Of a stretch of DNA of 64,000 nt, positions 29,601-37,880 are shown piece after piece. Position 1 is the first letter of the stretch. Every line of letters begins with the position of its first letter. A model generated the notes under the pieces. The model did not search any database. It was not told the origin of the DNA and saw only the letters and a list, made by a program, of their open reading frames with translations. The position numbers were made by a program, and so were the translations under genes. Origin of the DNA: an uncultured Planctomycetia bacterium (GTDB taxonomy: Bacteria > Planctomycetota > MHYJ01 > WSZJ01); the NCBI GenBank assembly GCA_964590435.1, contig CAZPWT010000045.1, positions 31,027-95,026 on the forward strand, in the 5' to 3' direction.

Positions 29601-30549
29601 TCTTGTCCTCGAGCCCCTTCTCGCGCCCCGCCGCGATCCGCCGGCCGACCTCCTCCTCCTGGCGCAGGAGCCCGGCGGTCATTTCGTCGGCGCGGCCCCG
29701 CAGGGCGTTCACGAACTCGCGCGCCTTGGCCCGCAGGGCGACCATCACCGCGAGCCCGATCGCCAGCGCGCCGGCGAACACCAGCGGCACGACGACGATC
29801 GCGCGCTCCTCGAGCTCGGGGCGCGCGAAGTGGATCGCCGCGAACGCGCCGCCGTGCAGCGCGGCGAGCAGGAAGAACACCGCCGGGTACGAGAACGCCT
29901 TCACCATCAGCAGCCACAGCGCGCGGCTGCGGTACTGGAGGAACCGCGTGTCCTCGAGCAGCCCCTGCCGGACTTCGGCGGCGATTTTCTCGGGCGGGAC
30001 GTCCTGGAAATGCCCCGCTCCGACGATCCCTTCCTCGGGATTGACCCGCACATCGCGCGCAAAGGACTCGACCTTCGCGCGCCACTCCTCGGACTCCCGG
30101 CGCACGGCGACGATCCCGGCGAGCAGGCCGTCCAGTTGCCGCGTCAGCCGGGCCTGCGCGTCGTGCATCGCGTGCAGCGATTTGTCCCGGGCCGCCGCCT
30201 GCTCCTTCTTCAGCCGCGCGATCGTGCCGCCCAGGCGGTCGTGCTCCCGCTTCGTCGCCGACTCCAGCGCCCGGTCCACCTGCACCAGCCGCCGCGCCGA
30301 GCGGTCCTCCCCTTTCCGCCGCGCTTCCGCGTGCCGCGCCTTCGTCTCCTTCCGCAGCCCGTCGAGCTCGGCGTTCAGCCGCGCCGTCGCCTTCGCGAAC
30401 GTGTCGTCCACCTCGCGCTTCCGCGCGTTCGCCCCCCGGTCCGACTCGTCGCGCGCCTCCACCGTCTCCTTCAGCCGCTTCTCGAACTCCGCGACGCGCG
30501 CCCGGACCGCCTCCATCCCGAATGCCCCCGTTCCCTCGCTCAACTGCAT
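26641..30549 (-). CDS. FtsK/SpoIIIE-domain ATPase, EssC/EccC-like (start reassigned to ATG 30549, SD GAGGAAGGA)
   Basis: Coiled-coil N-terminus, two TMs, intact GKTGSGKST and LLLIDEFQ module, GRAFGVHVILGSQ, RIALQC, RPGEAIYN; degenerate flanking ATPase folds. Confidence 0.9.
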   Translation of the reverse strand: MQLSEGTGAFGMEAVRARVAEFEKRLKETVEARDESDRGANARKREVDDTFAKATARLNAELDGLRKETKARHAEARRKGEDRSARRLVQVDRALESATKREHDRLGGTIARLKKEQAAARDKSLHAMHDAQARLTRQLDGLLAGIVAVRRESEEWRAKVESFARDVRVNPEEGIVGAGHFQDVPPEKIAAEVRQGLLEDTRFLQYRSRALWLLMVKAFSYPAVFFLLAALHGGAFAAIHFARPELEERAIVVVPLVFAGALAIGLAVMVALRAKAREFVNALRGRADEMTAGLLRQEEEVGRRIAAGREKGLEDKIGAVADLDETLATGLEEAKKAAAPRIESLKKKHLALLERVRRRNNQRESALDARLDAEARALEERFRKELEVHRAAQAQGGQEALARGAEAREKLAAAWTREVGDFTSSMAAARAQGRRQIPPWTDPSWHDYRMTKEFPEAAYLGDAMVDFGPLAGARGSGEPFSLPDNGRIAVPLSLAFPGRGNLLVSADAKNRPRAAQTVSDAVLRILAAFPPAKAKFLFVDPVGLGQSFSALMHLADDDESIVGGRIWTETVHIEKKLAELTEHIEKIIQKYLRNRYATIGDYNREVGIMAEAYHFLTIADFPRGFSDVAMDRLAGIVASGARCGVHTLIFGERGQKVPPAFTPPRFRTNGLVLSIANDAVTVDEEILPRAVAVPEPPADPAVLTPLLQSIGRQCAGAGRVEVPFETVAPPEGKWASLSSETGVHIPLGRSGADKLQCLELGRGTSQHALIAGKTGSGKSTLFHVMITNSALWYGPRELELYLIDFKKGVEFKRFANHRLPHARVIAIESDREFGLSVLRRIDRELGERADLYRAAGVQDFAGYRKHGKGDYLPRTLLLIDEFQEFFTEEDATAQEAALLLDRIVRQGRAFGVHVILGSQTLGGSYTLAKTTLGQMGIRIALQCNEADSLLILGDDNPAARLLSRPGEAIYNDMSGMIEGNSPFQVVWMSDAIEDKYLARLRAHADQEGWEPREATTVFEGNLPADIGQNVLLRKSLAKPWSGDGVPRAWVGEANAIKGPTEVRFQRQAGANLLVVGQQRESATAVVQSILLSLASFHAPKSARFILVDGTPPEVAEARRLTDLAAALPHEVEIVDYAKIPQLMEDLDALVKSRDESGGSGSLPVYLFIHDLQRFRKLRQSDEFDLGGGEGDKPSTDKCLVNVLTEGPARGVFTATWCDSLGNLKRTFSQKTLREFGMRILFQMSGSDSSELIDTPAAAKLGLYRGLLFVEEEGTVEKFRPYALPDAGRMAAMLGALKGAVAT

Positions 30550-30752
30550 TCCTTCCTCGCCCGGCGCAGGATTTCCTCGATGCGCTGGATCGCCGATGTG
30601 ACCGATTTCATCGCGGGCAGGAGACATTCCAGGTGGTCCCTCTCGAAGTCCGCCCGCGCCGAGTCGTTCCACACGATCTGCGTCTGGTCCCAGTGCGCCT
30701 GCAGGTCCTTCAGCGCCTTCGCCATGATCGCGTCGTTGCCGCCGCCTTCCAT
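30540..30752 (-). CDS. Small WXG100-like helical protein, 70 aa
   Basis: MEGGGNDAIMAKALKDLQAHWDQTQIVWNDSARADFERDHLECLL...; TGATG overlap with the upstream gene; central WND turn; seen only as the tail of a longer tracked ORF. Confidence 0.75.
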   Translation of the reverse strand: MEGGGNDAIMAKALKDLQAHWDQTQIVWNDSARADFERDHLECLLPAMKSVTSAIQRIEEILRRARKECS

Positions 30753-31252
30753 CAGACTTCCCCCGGCTTGTGGGTCCCCAGGTACTCCTCCAGCTTCTCC
30801 ACCATCAGGTCCAGCCGCGCCAGCGCCTTCGGCGTCAGCGCGTCCATCATCACCGAAAACGACTTCAGCGACGCCAGCGACTTCTCCACCTCCGCCGTGA
30901 ACAGCACCGCCCAGCGCCGCGTCGCCTCCAGCTTCGCCTCCGTCTCCTCCTTGCGGCGCTTCTCCCGGTCCAGCACCTTCTTCGCGTCGATCGTCGCCTG
31001 CGAAGCCTTCCCCGCCGCCGTGAACTTCACACGGTTGTACTCGTTCTGCGCCAGGTTCACCGCGTTCTCGCACTTCCGCAGCTCCTGCTTCAACTGCGTC
31101 TGCCGCTCCCCCTTGAGCCACTCCGACGTCCGCTTGATCGCCGCGTCCACCCCCATCAGCGTGTTCCGGCAGGTGTCGTCGAAGGCGACGAAGCGCCCCC
31201 GGAAGTGCCGGATGATGTCCGGCGAGTCGATGCGGGCGGATCCCTGGGACAT
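30752..31252 (-). CDS. Coiled-coil hypothetical protein of the WXG100/FtsK module
   Basis: 166 aa, helical heptads, closely spaced with both neighbours. Confidence 0.8.
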   Translation of the reverse strand: MSQGSARIDSPDIIRHFRGRFVAFDDTCRNTLMGVDAAIKRTSEWLKGERQTQLKQELRKCENAVNLAQNEYNRVKFTAAGKASQATIDAKKVLDREKRRKEETEAKLEATRRWAVLFTAEVEKSLASLKSFSVMMDALTPKALARLDLMVEKLEEYLGTHKPGEV

Positions 31253-31258
31253 GGTCGG

Positions 31259-31531
31259 CTACCGCTGGTCCAGGTACTCCTTGATGCGCTCCGCCTTGCG
31301 CATCAGGAACGGGACGTGCTTGTCGGCGGCGTCCGCGAACTTCGCCAGCATCTTGATCATCTGCTCGAACAGCTCCGCAAACTTCGCCTGCTCCTGGTCC
31401 TGCCAGGTCTCGGCGAGCTTTATGAAGCGGTGGTGCATGGAGGAGATTTCGCCCTTGAGGTCGTTGTTGAACCGCTTGAGGTCGGCGGCGAAGCGGCGGA
31501 GTTCCTCGGGATCGACGACGGCTCTGGCCAT
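31259..31531 (-). CDS. WXG100-family (type VII secretion target-like) protein
   Basis: 90 aa; VDPEELRRFA N-terminus, central TWQD, helix-turn-helix pattern. Confidence 0.85.
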   Translation of the reverse strand: MARAVVDPEELRRFAADLKRFNNDLKGEISSMHHRFIKLAETWQDQEQAKFAELFEQMIKMLAKFADAADKHVPFLMRKAERIKEYLDQR

Positions 31532-31585
31532 GGTCGCGGGGCTCCATCGGGTGGGAAAACCGCCGCCGCGGGGTTGCGGCGACGA

Positions 31586-31614
31586 CGTCTATGCTGACTC
31601 CGGCGCTGGGTCAA
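31586..31614 (-). promoter_or_regulatory. Putative promoter of the WXG100/FtsK module
   Basis: TTGACC-17 nt-TAGACG, with GGAG SD before ATG 31531. Confidence 0.5.
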
Positions 31615-31636
31615 AACAAGGGGGAAGTACGGCGGT

Positions 31637-32773
31637 CTAGCGCGCGCTTCCGGCGCTCCACAGGTAGTAGAAACCGTCGCGCCGCGCGGTGAGCCGTTCG
31701 AGGGAAGCGGCGAGGGCGGTCTCGGGGGAGGGCGCCCTGGACTCGCCGCGGAGGAGGTCGGCGAAGGTCGGCGGGCGCTGCCACTGGATGACCTTCGCGT
31801 CGGTGACGCCCGCGAGCTTCTTGGCCTCCGTGAGCGCGTCCTCGAATTGCCCGAGGTCGTCGACGAGGCCGTTCGATTTCGCCTGCCCCGCGGAGTAGAT
31901 CCGGCCGTCGGCGATCTCGCGGACCTTCTTCGCGTCCATCTTGCGGCCCTTGGCGACGACGTCGACGAAGCGTTCGTACATCTCCATGAGCATCGCCTGG
32001 AGCATCGCGCGTTCCTCGTCGGTCATCGGGCGCGCCATCGAGCCGATGTCCTTGTGGTCGCCGCTCTTGATGACCTCTTCCTTCACGCCGACCTTCTCGT
32101 AGAGACCCTGGAGGTTCATGAAGGACATGATGACGCCGATGGAGCCGGTGATGGTGGTGTGGCTGGCGATGATGCGGTCGCAGGGGGCGGAGACGTAGTA
32201 GCCGCCGGAGGCCGCGACGTTGCGCATGAAGGACACGAACTTTAGGTTCGGGCGCTCGGCCTTGAGCTTCATGATCTCGTGGTGGATCCGGTCGCAGTCG
32301 GTGATGCCGCCGCCGGGGGAATCGACGTCGAGGATGACGGCGACAATGTCGTTGTCGGCCTTCACTCGGCGCAGGTCCTTGATGACCTTGTCGACCATGT
32401 CGACGCTGGGGCCGAACATCGAGGTCTGGCCGGAAGCGATGACGCCGTGGACGGGGATGACCGCGATCTTGCTGTTCGTGCCGGAGCTGCTTGCGGGCTC
32501 GACCTGCGTCTCGATCGCGCCGTCCGCCTGGAGCCCTCCGGCGCCGCCGAGCGCGCCGAGCAGGAGGAAGAACATGACCACGTTCAGGCCGAGGCTGCCG
32601 AGCAGCGTCAGCGTCATGAGGCACGACCCGAGGTTGAACCCGCTGCGCCGCGGGGCCGCGGCCGGGGGGGGCGGCGGCCAGCTTCCCATCGGTGAGGACG
32701 GGACCGAGCCGGGCGGGATCGGGCCGCCGGGGGACGGTGAACCGTAGGGGACCGAGCCGGGCTCGTCGCTCAT
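31637..32773 (-). CDS. sppA: Signal peptide peptidase SppA (S49), start ATG 32773
   Basis: [39 protein letters not shown] motifs; Pro-rich N-terminus then TM. Confidence 0.92.
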   Translation of the reverse strand: MSDEPGSVPYGSPSPGGPIPPGSVPSSPMGSWPPPPPAAAPRRSGFNLGSCLMTLTLLGSLGLNVVMFFLLLGALGGAGGLQADGAIETQVEPASSSGTNSKIAVIPVHGVIASGQTSMFGPSVDMVDKVIKDLRRVKADNDIVAVILDVDSPGGGITDCDRIHHEIMKLKAERPNLKFVSFMRNVAASGGYYVSAPCDRIIASHTTITGSIGVIMSFMNLQGLYEKVGVKEEVIKSGDHKDIGSMARPMTDEERAMLQAMLMEMYERFVDVVAKGRKMDAKKVREIADGRIYSAGQAKSNGLVDDLGQFEDALTEAKKLAGVTDAKVIQWQRPPTFADLLRGESRAPSPETALAASLERLTARRDGFYYLWSAGSAR

Positions 32774-33228
32774 TTGCGTCCTCCCTTGCCCTTCTTCGCC
32801 GCCGCGCCGGCGGCCTTCGCGCGCCTCCGGGCGACCTCCTCGCGGATGTAGTTCACGATCTCCTCGCCCGTCGTCCCGGGGCCGAACAGCTTGCCAATCC
32901 CGAGCTTCTTGAGCGCCGCGTCGTCCTCGGGCGGGATGATCCCGCCGCCCGTCAGCAGCACGCCGCCCAGCCCCTTCTCCTTCATCAGTTTCCACACCCG
33001 CGGAAACAGCGTCATGTGCGCCCCGGAGAGGATCGAGAGGCCAAGCGCCTCCACGTCCTCCTGCAACGCCGCCTCGACGACCTGCTCGGGCGACTGGTGG
33101 AGGCCGGTGTAGATCACCTCCATCCCCGCGTCCCGCAGGACGCAGGCGATCACCTTGGCCCCCCGGTCGTGCCCGTCGAGGCCGACCTTGGCGACCAGCA
33201 CGCGGATCTTCCTCTCGGGCGCGGCCAC
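32770..33228 (-). CDS. Cobalamin-binding small subunit of acyl-CoA mutase (IcmB-like); start probably GTG 33228
   Basis: [10 protein letters not shown] (DxHxxG), [24 protein letters not shown] motifs. Confidence 0.93.
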   Translation of the reverse strand: MAAPERKIRVLVAKVGLDGHDRGAKVIACVLRDAGMEVIYTGLHQSPEQVVEAALQEDVEALGLSILSGAHMTLFPRVWKLMKEKGLGGVLLTGGGIIPPEDDAALKKLGIGKLFGPGTTGEEIVNYIREEVARRRAKAAGAAAKKGKGGRK

Positions 33229-33253
33229 GGCGGCCCCGCTCCCCTTCTCACGG

Positions 33254-34942
33254 CTACCAGTAGATGGGCGGCTCACGGTATTCCCCGTAAACGGTCCTCA
33301 ACACGTCGCACATCTCCCCCAGGGTCACATGGTTCTTCGCGGCCTCGAGGAAGCGCGGCATCAGGTTGTCGGTGCCGGCCGCCGCCTCGCGGATCGCGTT
33401 CAGGCTGCGCTTCACCGCCGCCATGTCGCGCTTCTTCTTGAACGCCACGACGTCCTTCACCTGCCGCCGTTCCGCGGCCATCGGGACCTTCAGCAGGTCC
33501 ATCGGCTCCTCGTCGGAGTCCACGAACTGGTTCACGCCGACGACGATGTTCTCGACGCGGTCGACCTTGAGCTGGAACTCGTAGGCGGCCCGGGCAATTT
33601 CGCGCTGGAAGAACCCCTTCTCGATCCCGGCCTCGCACCCCGACAGGATGCCGCCGGTGCCGAGCTCCTCGATGCGCTTGAAATACGCCTCGGCCTCGCG
33701 CTCCATCTGGTCGGTGAGCCACTCGACGTAGTACGAGCCGGCGAGCGGGTCCACCGTGTCGGCGACGCCGGTCTCGTGCGCGATGATCTGCTGCGTGCGG
33801 AGGGCGATCTTGACGGCCTTCTCCGTGGGAAGCGCAAGCGCCTCGTCCATCGAGTTCGTGTGGAGCGACTGCGTCCCGCCCAGCACCGCCGCCATCGCCT
33901 CGTACGCCGTCCGCACGATGTTGTTCTCGGGCTGCTGCGCCGTCAGCGAGCACCCCGCGGTCTGGGTGTGGAAGCGCATCTTCCAGGAGGCCGGGTCCTT
34001 GGCGCCGTAGACGTTCTTCATGCGCTTGGCCCAGATGCGGCGCGCGGCGCGGAACTTGGCGATCTCCTCGAAGAAGTTCATGTGGGAGTTGAAGAAGAAC
34101 GAGAGGCGCGGGGCGAAGGAGTCGACGTCGAGCCCGGCCTTGATGCCGGCCTCGACGTAGGCGAAGCCGTCGCCGAGGGTGAAGGCGAGTTCCTGGACGG
34201 CGGTGGAGCCGGCCTCGCGGATGTGGTAGCCGCTGATGGAGATCGGGTTCCACTTGGGCGTGTGCTTCGACGACCACGCGAACATGTCGGTGATGATGCG
34301 CATCGCCGGCTTGACGGGGAAAATCCACTCCTTCTGGGCGATGTACTCCTTGAGGATGTCGGTCTGGGTGGTGCCGCGCAGTTCGCCCAGGTCGGCGCCA
34401 CGCTTCTGGGCGACGGCGACGTAGAAGGCGAAGACGATCGCCGCGGGAGCGTTGATGGTCATCGAGGTCGAGACCTTCGACTGGTCGATCCCGTCGAAGA
34501 GGACTTCCATGTCGCGCAGGCAGCAGATCGCGACGCCCTCGCGGCCGACTTCGCCGAGCGCGCGCGGCCCGTCGCTGTCGACGCCCATGAGCGTCGGCAT
34601 GTCGAACGCCACGCTGAGGCCGGTCTGGCCCTTGGAGAGCAGGAACTTGTAGCGCTTGTTCGTGTCGTGCGCCGTCCCGAACCCCGCGAACTGCCGCATC
34701 GTCCAGAGGCGGCCGCGGTACATGTTGGGCTGGACGCCGCGCGTGTAGGGGAACTCGCCGGGCTTGCCGATGTCCTTCGCGAGGTCGCGGGACTTCGCCG
34801 ACTCGGGGCCATAGAAGATCTCCAGCGGCACGCCGGTCTCCGTCGTCCACGCCTTCTTCGGCGGCGCGGGCTTCGACCCGCGCGGCTCGGCGGATTTCGC
34901 GGACGCTTCGCCCTTCGACGCCGACGGCTTGTAGTCCTGCAT
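33254..34942 (-). CDS. icmA: Acyl-CoA mutase large subunit, isobutyryl-CoA mutase type (start ATG 34942)
   Basis: [49 protein letters not shown] motifs. Confidence 0.8.
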   Translation of the reverse strand: MQDYKPSASKGEASAKSAEPRGSKPAPPKKAWTTETGVPLEIFYGPESAKSRDLAKDIGKPGEFPYTRGVQPNMYRGRLWTMRQFAGFGTAHDTNKRYKFLLSKGQTGLSVAFDMPTLMGVDSDGPRALGEVGREGVAICCLRDMEVLFDGIDQSKVSTSMTINAPAAIVFAFYVAVAQKRGADLGELRGTTQTDILKEYIAQKEWIFPVKPAMRIITDMFAWSSKHTPKWNPISISGYHIREAGSTAVQELAFTLGDGFAYVEAGIKAGLDVDSFAPRLSFFFNSHMNFFEEIAKFRAARRIWAKRMKNVYGAKDPASWKMRFHTQTAGCSLTAQQPENNIVRTAYEAMAAVLGGTQSLHTNSMDEALALPTEKAVKIALRTQQIIAHETGVADTVDPLAGSYYVEWLTDQMEREAEAYFKRIEELGTGGILSGCEAGIEKGFFQREIARAAYEFQLKVDRVENIVVGVNQFVDSDEEPMDLLKVPMAAERRQVKDVVAFKKKRDMAAVKRSLNAIREAAAGTDNLMPRFLEAAKNHVTLGEMCDVLRTVYGEYREPPIYW

Positions 34943-34956
34943 CGGTCCCCCTCCGG

Positions 34957-35934
34957 TTATTTCGCGACTCTCGCCGGGCGCCGCGGGATGCCGCGCTCCG
35001 GCTTCTGCACCAGCCGATCCAGCACTTCTTCCGCCGCGTCCCCGGGCGTCAGCCGGCCCGCCAGGACGTCCTCGACGCGCGTCTCCAGCCACGCCGCCGC
35101 CGCCGTGTCGTTCGCCAGCCGGCGCGACAGCGCTTCCTCGACGAGCCTTCCGATCCTGAAGCGAAGGCGCGCGGCGCGATGGTCGCGCAGGGTGCCCTCG
35201 CGTTCCATTTTTTCGGTATGGGCCTCGATCGCGGCCGCGGCGGACTCGATGCCTTTGCCCGTCCCGGCGGAGGTCTGCACGAGGGCGGGAGGCCTGCGGC
35301 TGGTGGAGAGCTCGAAACTGGAGCGGATCTGGGTTTCGAGCGCGTCGGCCCCCGGCCGGTCCGCCTTGTTGATCACGATGACGTCCGCGATTTCCATGAG
35401 GCCCGACTTCATCGCCTGCACGCCGTCGCCGGACTCCGGCGACAGGATCACGACCGTCGTGTCGGCGACGCGGACGATCTCGATCTCGCTCTGCCCGACG
35501 CCCACGGTCTCGACGAGGATGACGTCCTTCCCCGAAGCGTCGAGCACGTCGCACGCATCGTAGGTCGCGCGCGCCAGGCCGCCGAGCGCGCCGCGGGTCG
35601 CCATCGAGCGGATGAAAACGCCGGGGTCCATCCCGACGGAGTTCATCCGGATGCGGTCGCCGAGCAGCGCGCCGCCGGTGAAAGGGCTGGAAGGGTCGAC
35701 CGCGACGATGCCGACGGTCTTGTTCTTCGTGCGCCAGTGCCGGGCAAGCTCGCTCACCAGCGTCGACTTCCCCACCCCGGGCGGCCCCGTGAACCCGATC
35801 CGCCGAGCCTTCCCGACCCTCGGGTACAGCTCCTCCAGCAGCGCGCGGGCCTCCGGATCCCCGTTTTCAACGCAGGTGATCGCGCGGGACAGGGCGCGAC
35901 GGTCGCCGGAAAGGACGAGGGCGGCGAGGGACAT
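34957..35934 (-). CDS. meaB: MeaB/ArgK GTPase chaperone of B12 mutases
   Basis: GPPGVGKST, AVDPSSPFTGGALLGDRIRM, ETVGVGQSE, NKAD motifs. Confidence 0.95.
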   Translation of the reverse strand: MSLAALVLSGDRRALSRAITCVENGDPEARALLEELYPRVGKARRIGFTGPPGVGKSTLVSELARHWRTKNKTVGIVAVDPSSPFTGGALLGDRIRMNSVGMDPGVFIRSMATRGALGGLARATYDACDVLDASGKDVILVETVGVGQSEIEIVRVADTTVVILSPESGDGVQAMKSGLMEIADVIVINKADRPGADALETQIRSSFELSTSRRPPALVQTSAGTGKGIESAAAAIEAHTEKMEREGTLRDHRAARLRFRIGRLVEEALSRRLANDTAAAAWLETRVEDVLAGRLTPGDAAEEVLDRLVQKPERGIPRRPARVAK

Positions 35935-36275
35935 GGGGACGATGATAGCCTAGAGCGGAAGGAGGGGAAACGACAACTCCCAGGCCTGGCGGACGATCCT
36001 GGCTGCCCGCTCCGGTTGCGCGGCCGTATCCCCGGAAAATCCCGCGGTCATCCGGTCTGTTTCTCAGTGCCGCGATGGAGTCAAAGAGGGGAGGTGAATG
36101 GTCTAACAAAAAAGGCTACGAGCCTGGCGCGGATACAAAAGGACAGGAAAGGATTCGTCTGGGAGTGGCTCGTGCGGATTGAAATTGCGCTGCTATCGCG
36201 GGTCGCTGGAGCTTGGCGTTTTTCCGCTTGGCGTTTACTTGGAAATTGAAGTTTGCCCCTTGCCGTTTCGGTCCG

Positions 36276-37832
36276 TTATCGACTGATCATGACTCGCACC
36301 CGATCCGACCACCTCAACGTCAGATCCGCCTTCCCGTCCCCGTTCACCTCCCACACGTCCATCCCGTCCGGCGCGTTCACCTTCCCGTTCCCCTGCGCCT
36401 CATTCACGTTGAACTTGAAAATGTCCGTCTTGTCGAAATCGACCGGCGCCTGCTTGAGAAGCGCCTTCACGCTGATCCCCTTCGCCGCCGAGAGCCACCC
36501 GTCACTGTCCAGCCGGAGGATGTCCTTGCGGCCGTCGCCGTCCCAGTCGCCATTGAAGCGGAGCTGGGGCATGCCGCCGCCCTTGTTCATCTTGTCGATG
36601 TCGACGTAGACGGTCTCCTTGTAGTCGTACTCGGCGGAGAACGCCTGCTTGTTGCGGTCGAAGAGGTAGATGAAGTAGTCGACGGGGACCTTCTGGAAGA
36701 CGACCTTCCCCGCGTTCGAGAGCATGTTCGTCTCGAAGCTCGACACCGCGATGTCGTCGAATCCGTCGGCGTTCAGGTCCTCGAGCTGCGGGTTCAGCGA
36801 GATCCCCGGGAGCTGGATGCGCCAGTTCGGCGACAGGCTCGCGAGCGCCTGGCCGCGGTTCCCGAGGTACATGTAGTAGTCCGTGGAGATCGCGTCGAGC
36901 TTCGACAGCTCTCCGCGCGTGAAGCTCGCGACGAAATCCACGCCGCCGCCGCGGTTCACGTCCTTGAGGTACGTCACCGCCGTCGCAATCTGGTTCTTCG
37001 CTTCCTTCTGCTGCAGGAACTGGAGCTGGAACTGCCCGCTCGGCTCGCCGGGAAACGCGATCTGCGGCGCCCCGCCGGGGCCCTTCTCCGTCCCCTGCAG
37101 GAAGAACACGAACTTGTCGTGCCAGATCATGCAGACGTCGTTCTTGAAATCGCCGTCCACATCCTGAAACTCGACGCGCGGGACGCTCTTCACCACGCGC
37201 ACCCACGCCGCGCCGCCCTCCGGCGACTCCGACGCCGACGGCATCGCCAGCGTGAACGCCCGCCCGTAGACGCCGGGCTTCGTCTGCACGTACAGCCGGT
37301 ACGCGTCGCTCTGCGGGACCAGCAGGTCGGTCAGCCCGTTCCCGTCGAGGTCCGGCGGCCACATCCAGATGGGAAGGGAGTCTTCCTGCGGCAGGTCGAA
37401 GAACGTCTCCACGAGGAGGAGCCGTTTCGCGGCGAGGTCGTATCTCCGGTCCTTCTGTTCCCACACCCGGGCGCCGTCGGCGGCGAGGTAGCCGATCTCG
37501 GTCCCGGGCGATTCCGTGTAGTTCCCGAAGATCATGACCGCGGCCTCGGGCGGGACGATCCACGTCTGGTCGGGCTTGCCGTCCATCGGCTGCCCGGACA
37601 CCTGGAATTTCACCGAGATGTAGCGCGTCGCGCGCTTCTCGCCGTCGTGCCCGAAGCTCGTGTGCGTCGCCAGCAGGTCGGATTTCCCGTCGCCGTCGAG
37701 GTCGAACGGGAAGACGTCCTGGATCTTCCCCTCGTAGCGGACCGTCCCCTCGGTGAACCGGTCGCGGTGGAGTTCCTGGGCGGAAGCGGAGACGGCGAGG
37801 GCGGCGAAAGCGGCGGCGAGGAGGAGTCTCAT
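36276..37832 (-). CDS. Secreted FG-GAP/VCBS-repeat (beta-propeller) protein
   Basis: Signal peptide; seven D-x-[DN]-x-D-G-x-x-D-like motifs (DLDGDGKSD, DLDGNGLTD, DVDGDFKND, DVNRGGGVD, DLNADGFDD, DWDGDGRKD, EVNGDGKAD). Confidence 0.85.
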   Translation of the reverse strand: MRLLLAAAFAALAVSASAQELHRDRFTEGTVRYEGKIQDVFPFDLDGDGKSDLLATHTSFGHDGEKRATRYISVKFQVSGQPMDGKPDQTWIVPPEAAVMIFGNYTESPGTEIGYLAADGARVWEQKDRRYDLAAKRLLLVETFFDLPQEDSLPIWMWPPDLDGNGLTDLLVPQSDAYRLYVQTKPGVYGRAFTLAMPSASESPEGGAAWVRVVKSVPRVEFQDVDGDFKNDVCMIWHDKFVFFLQGTEKGPGGAPQIAFPGEPSGQFQLQFLQQKEAKNQIATAVTYLKDVNRGGGVDFVASFTRGELSKLDAISTDYYMYLGNRGQALASLSPNWRIQLPGISLNPQLEDLNADGFDDIAVSSFETNMLSNAGKVVFQKVPVDYFIYLFDRNKQAFSAEYDYKETVYVDIDKMNKGGGMPQLRFNGDWDGDGRKDILRLDSDGWLSAAKGISVKALLKQAPVDFDKTDIFKFNVNEAQGNGKVNAPDGMDVWEVNGDGKADLTLRWSDRVRVMISR

Positions 37833-37880
37833 CGGGGCGAATCGTAGCACGGGAAACGGGCCGTGGGGATCCGCCCGCCG

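Noticed and set aside
33254-34942. Methylmalonyl-CoA mutase annotation
   Set aside because: Has Phe/Gln at the Tyr89/Arg207 specificity positions
36089-36106. GGAGGTGA-ATG-GTC-TAA minimal ORF
   Set aside because: SD-to-start spacing is too short and there is no other support
35940-36270. Cobalamin riboswitch upstream of meaB-icmAB
   Set aside because: Only a weak AGCCAGGA similarity; the B12-box and conserved core were not found, and meaB appears leaderless
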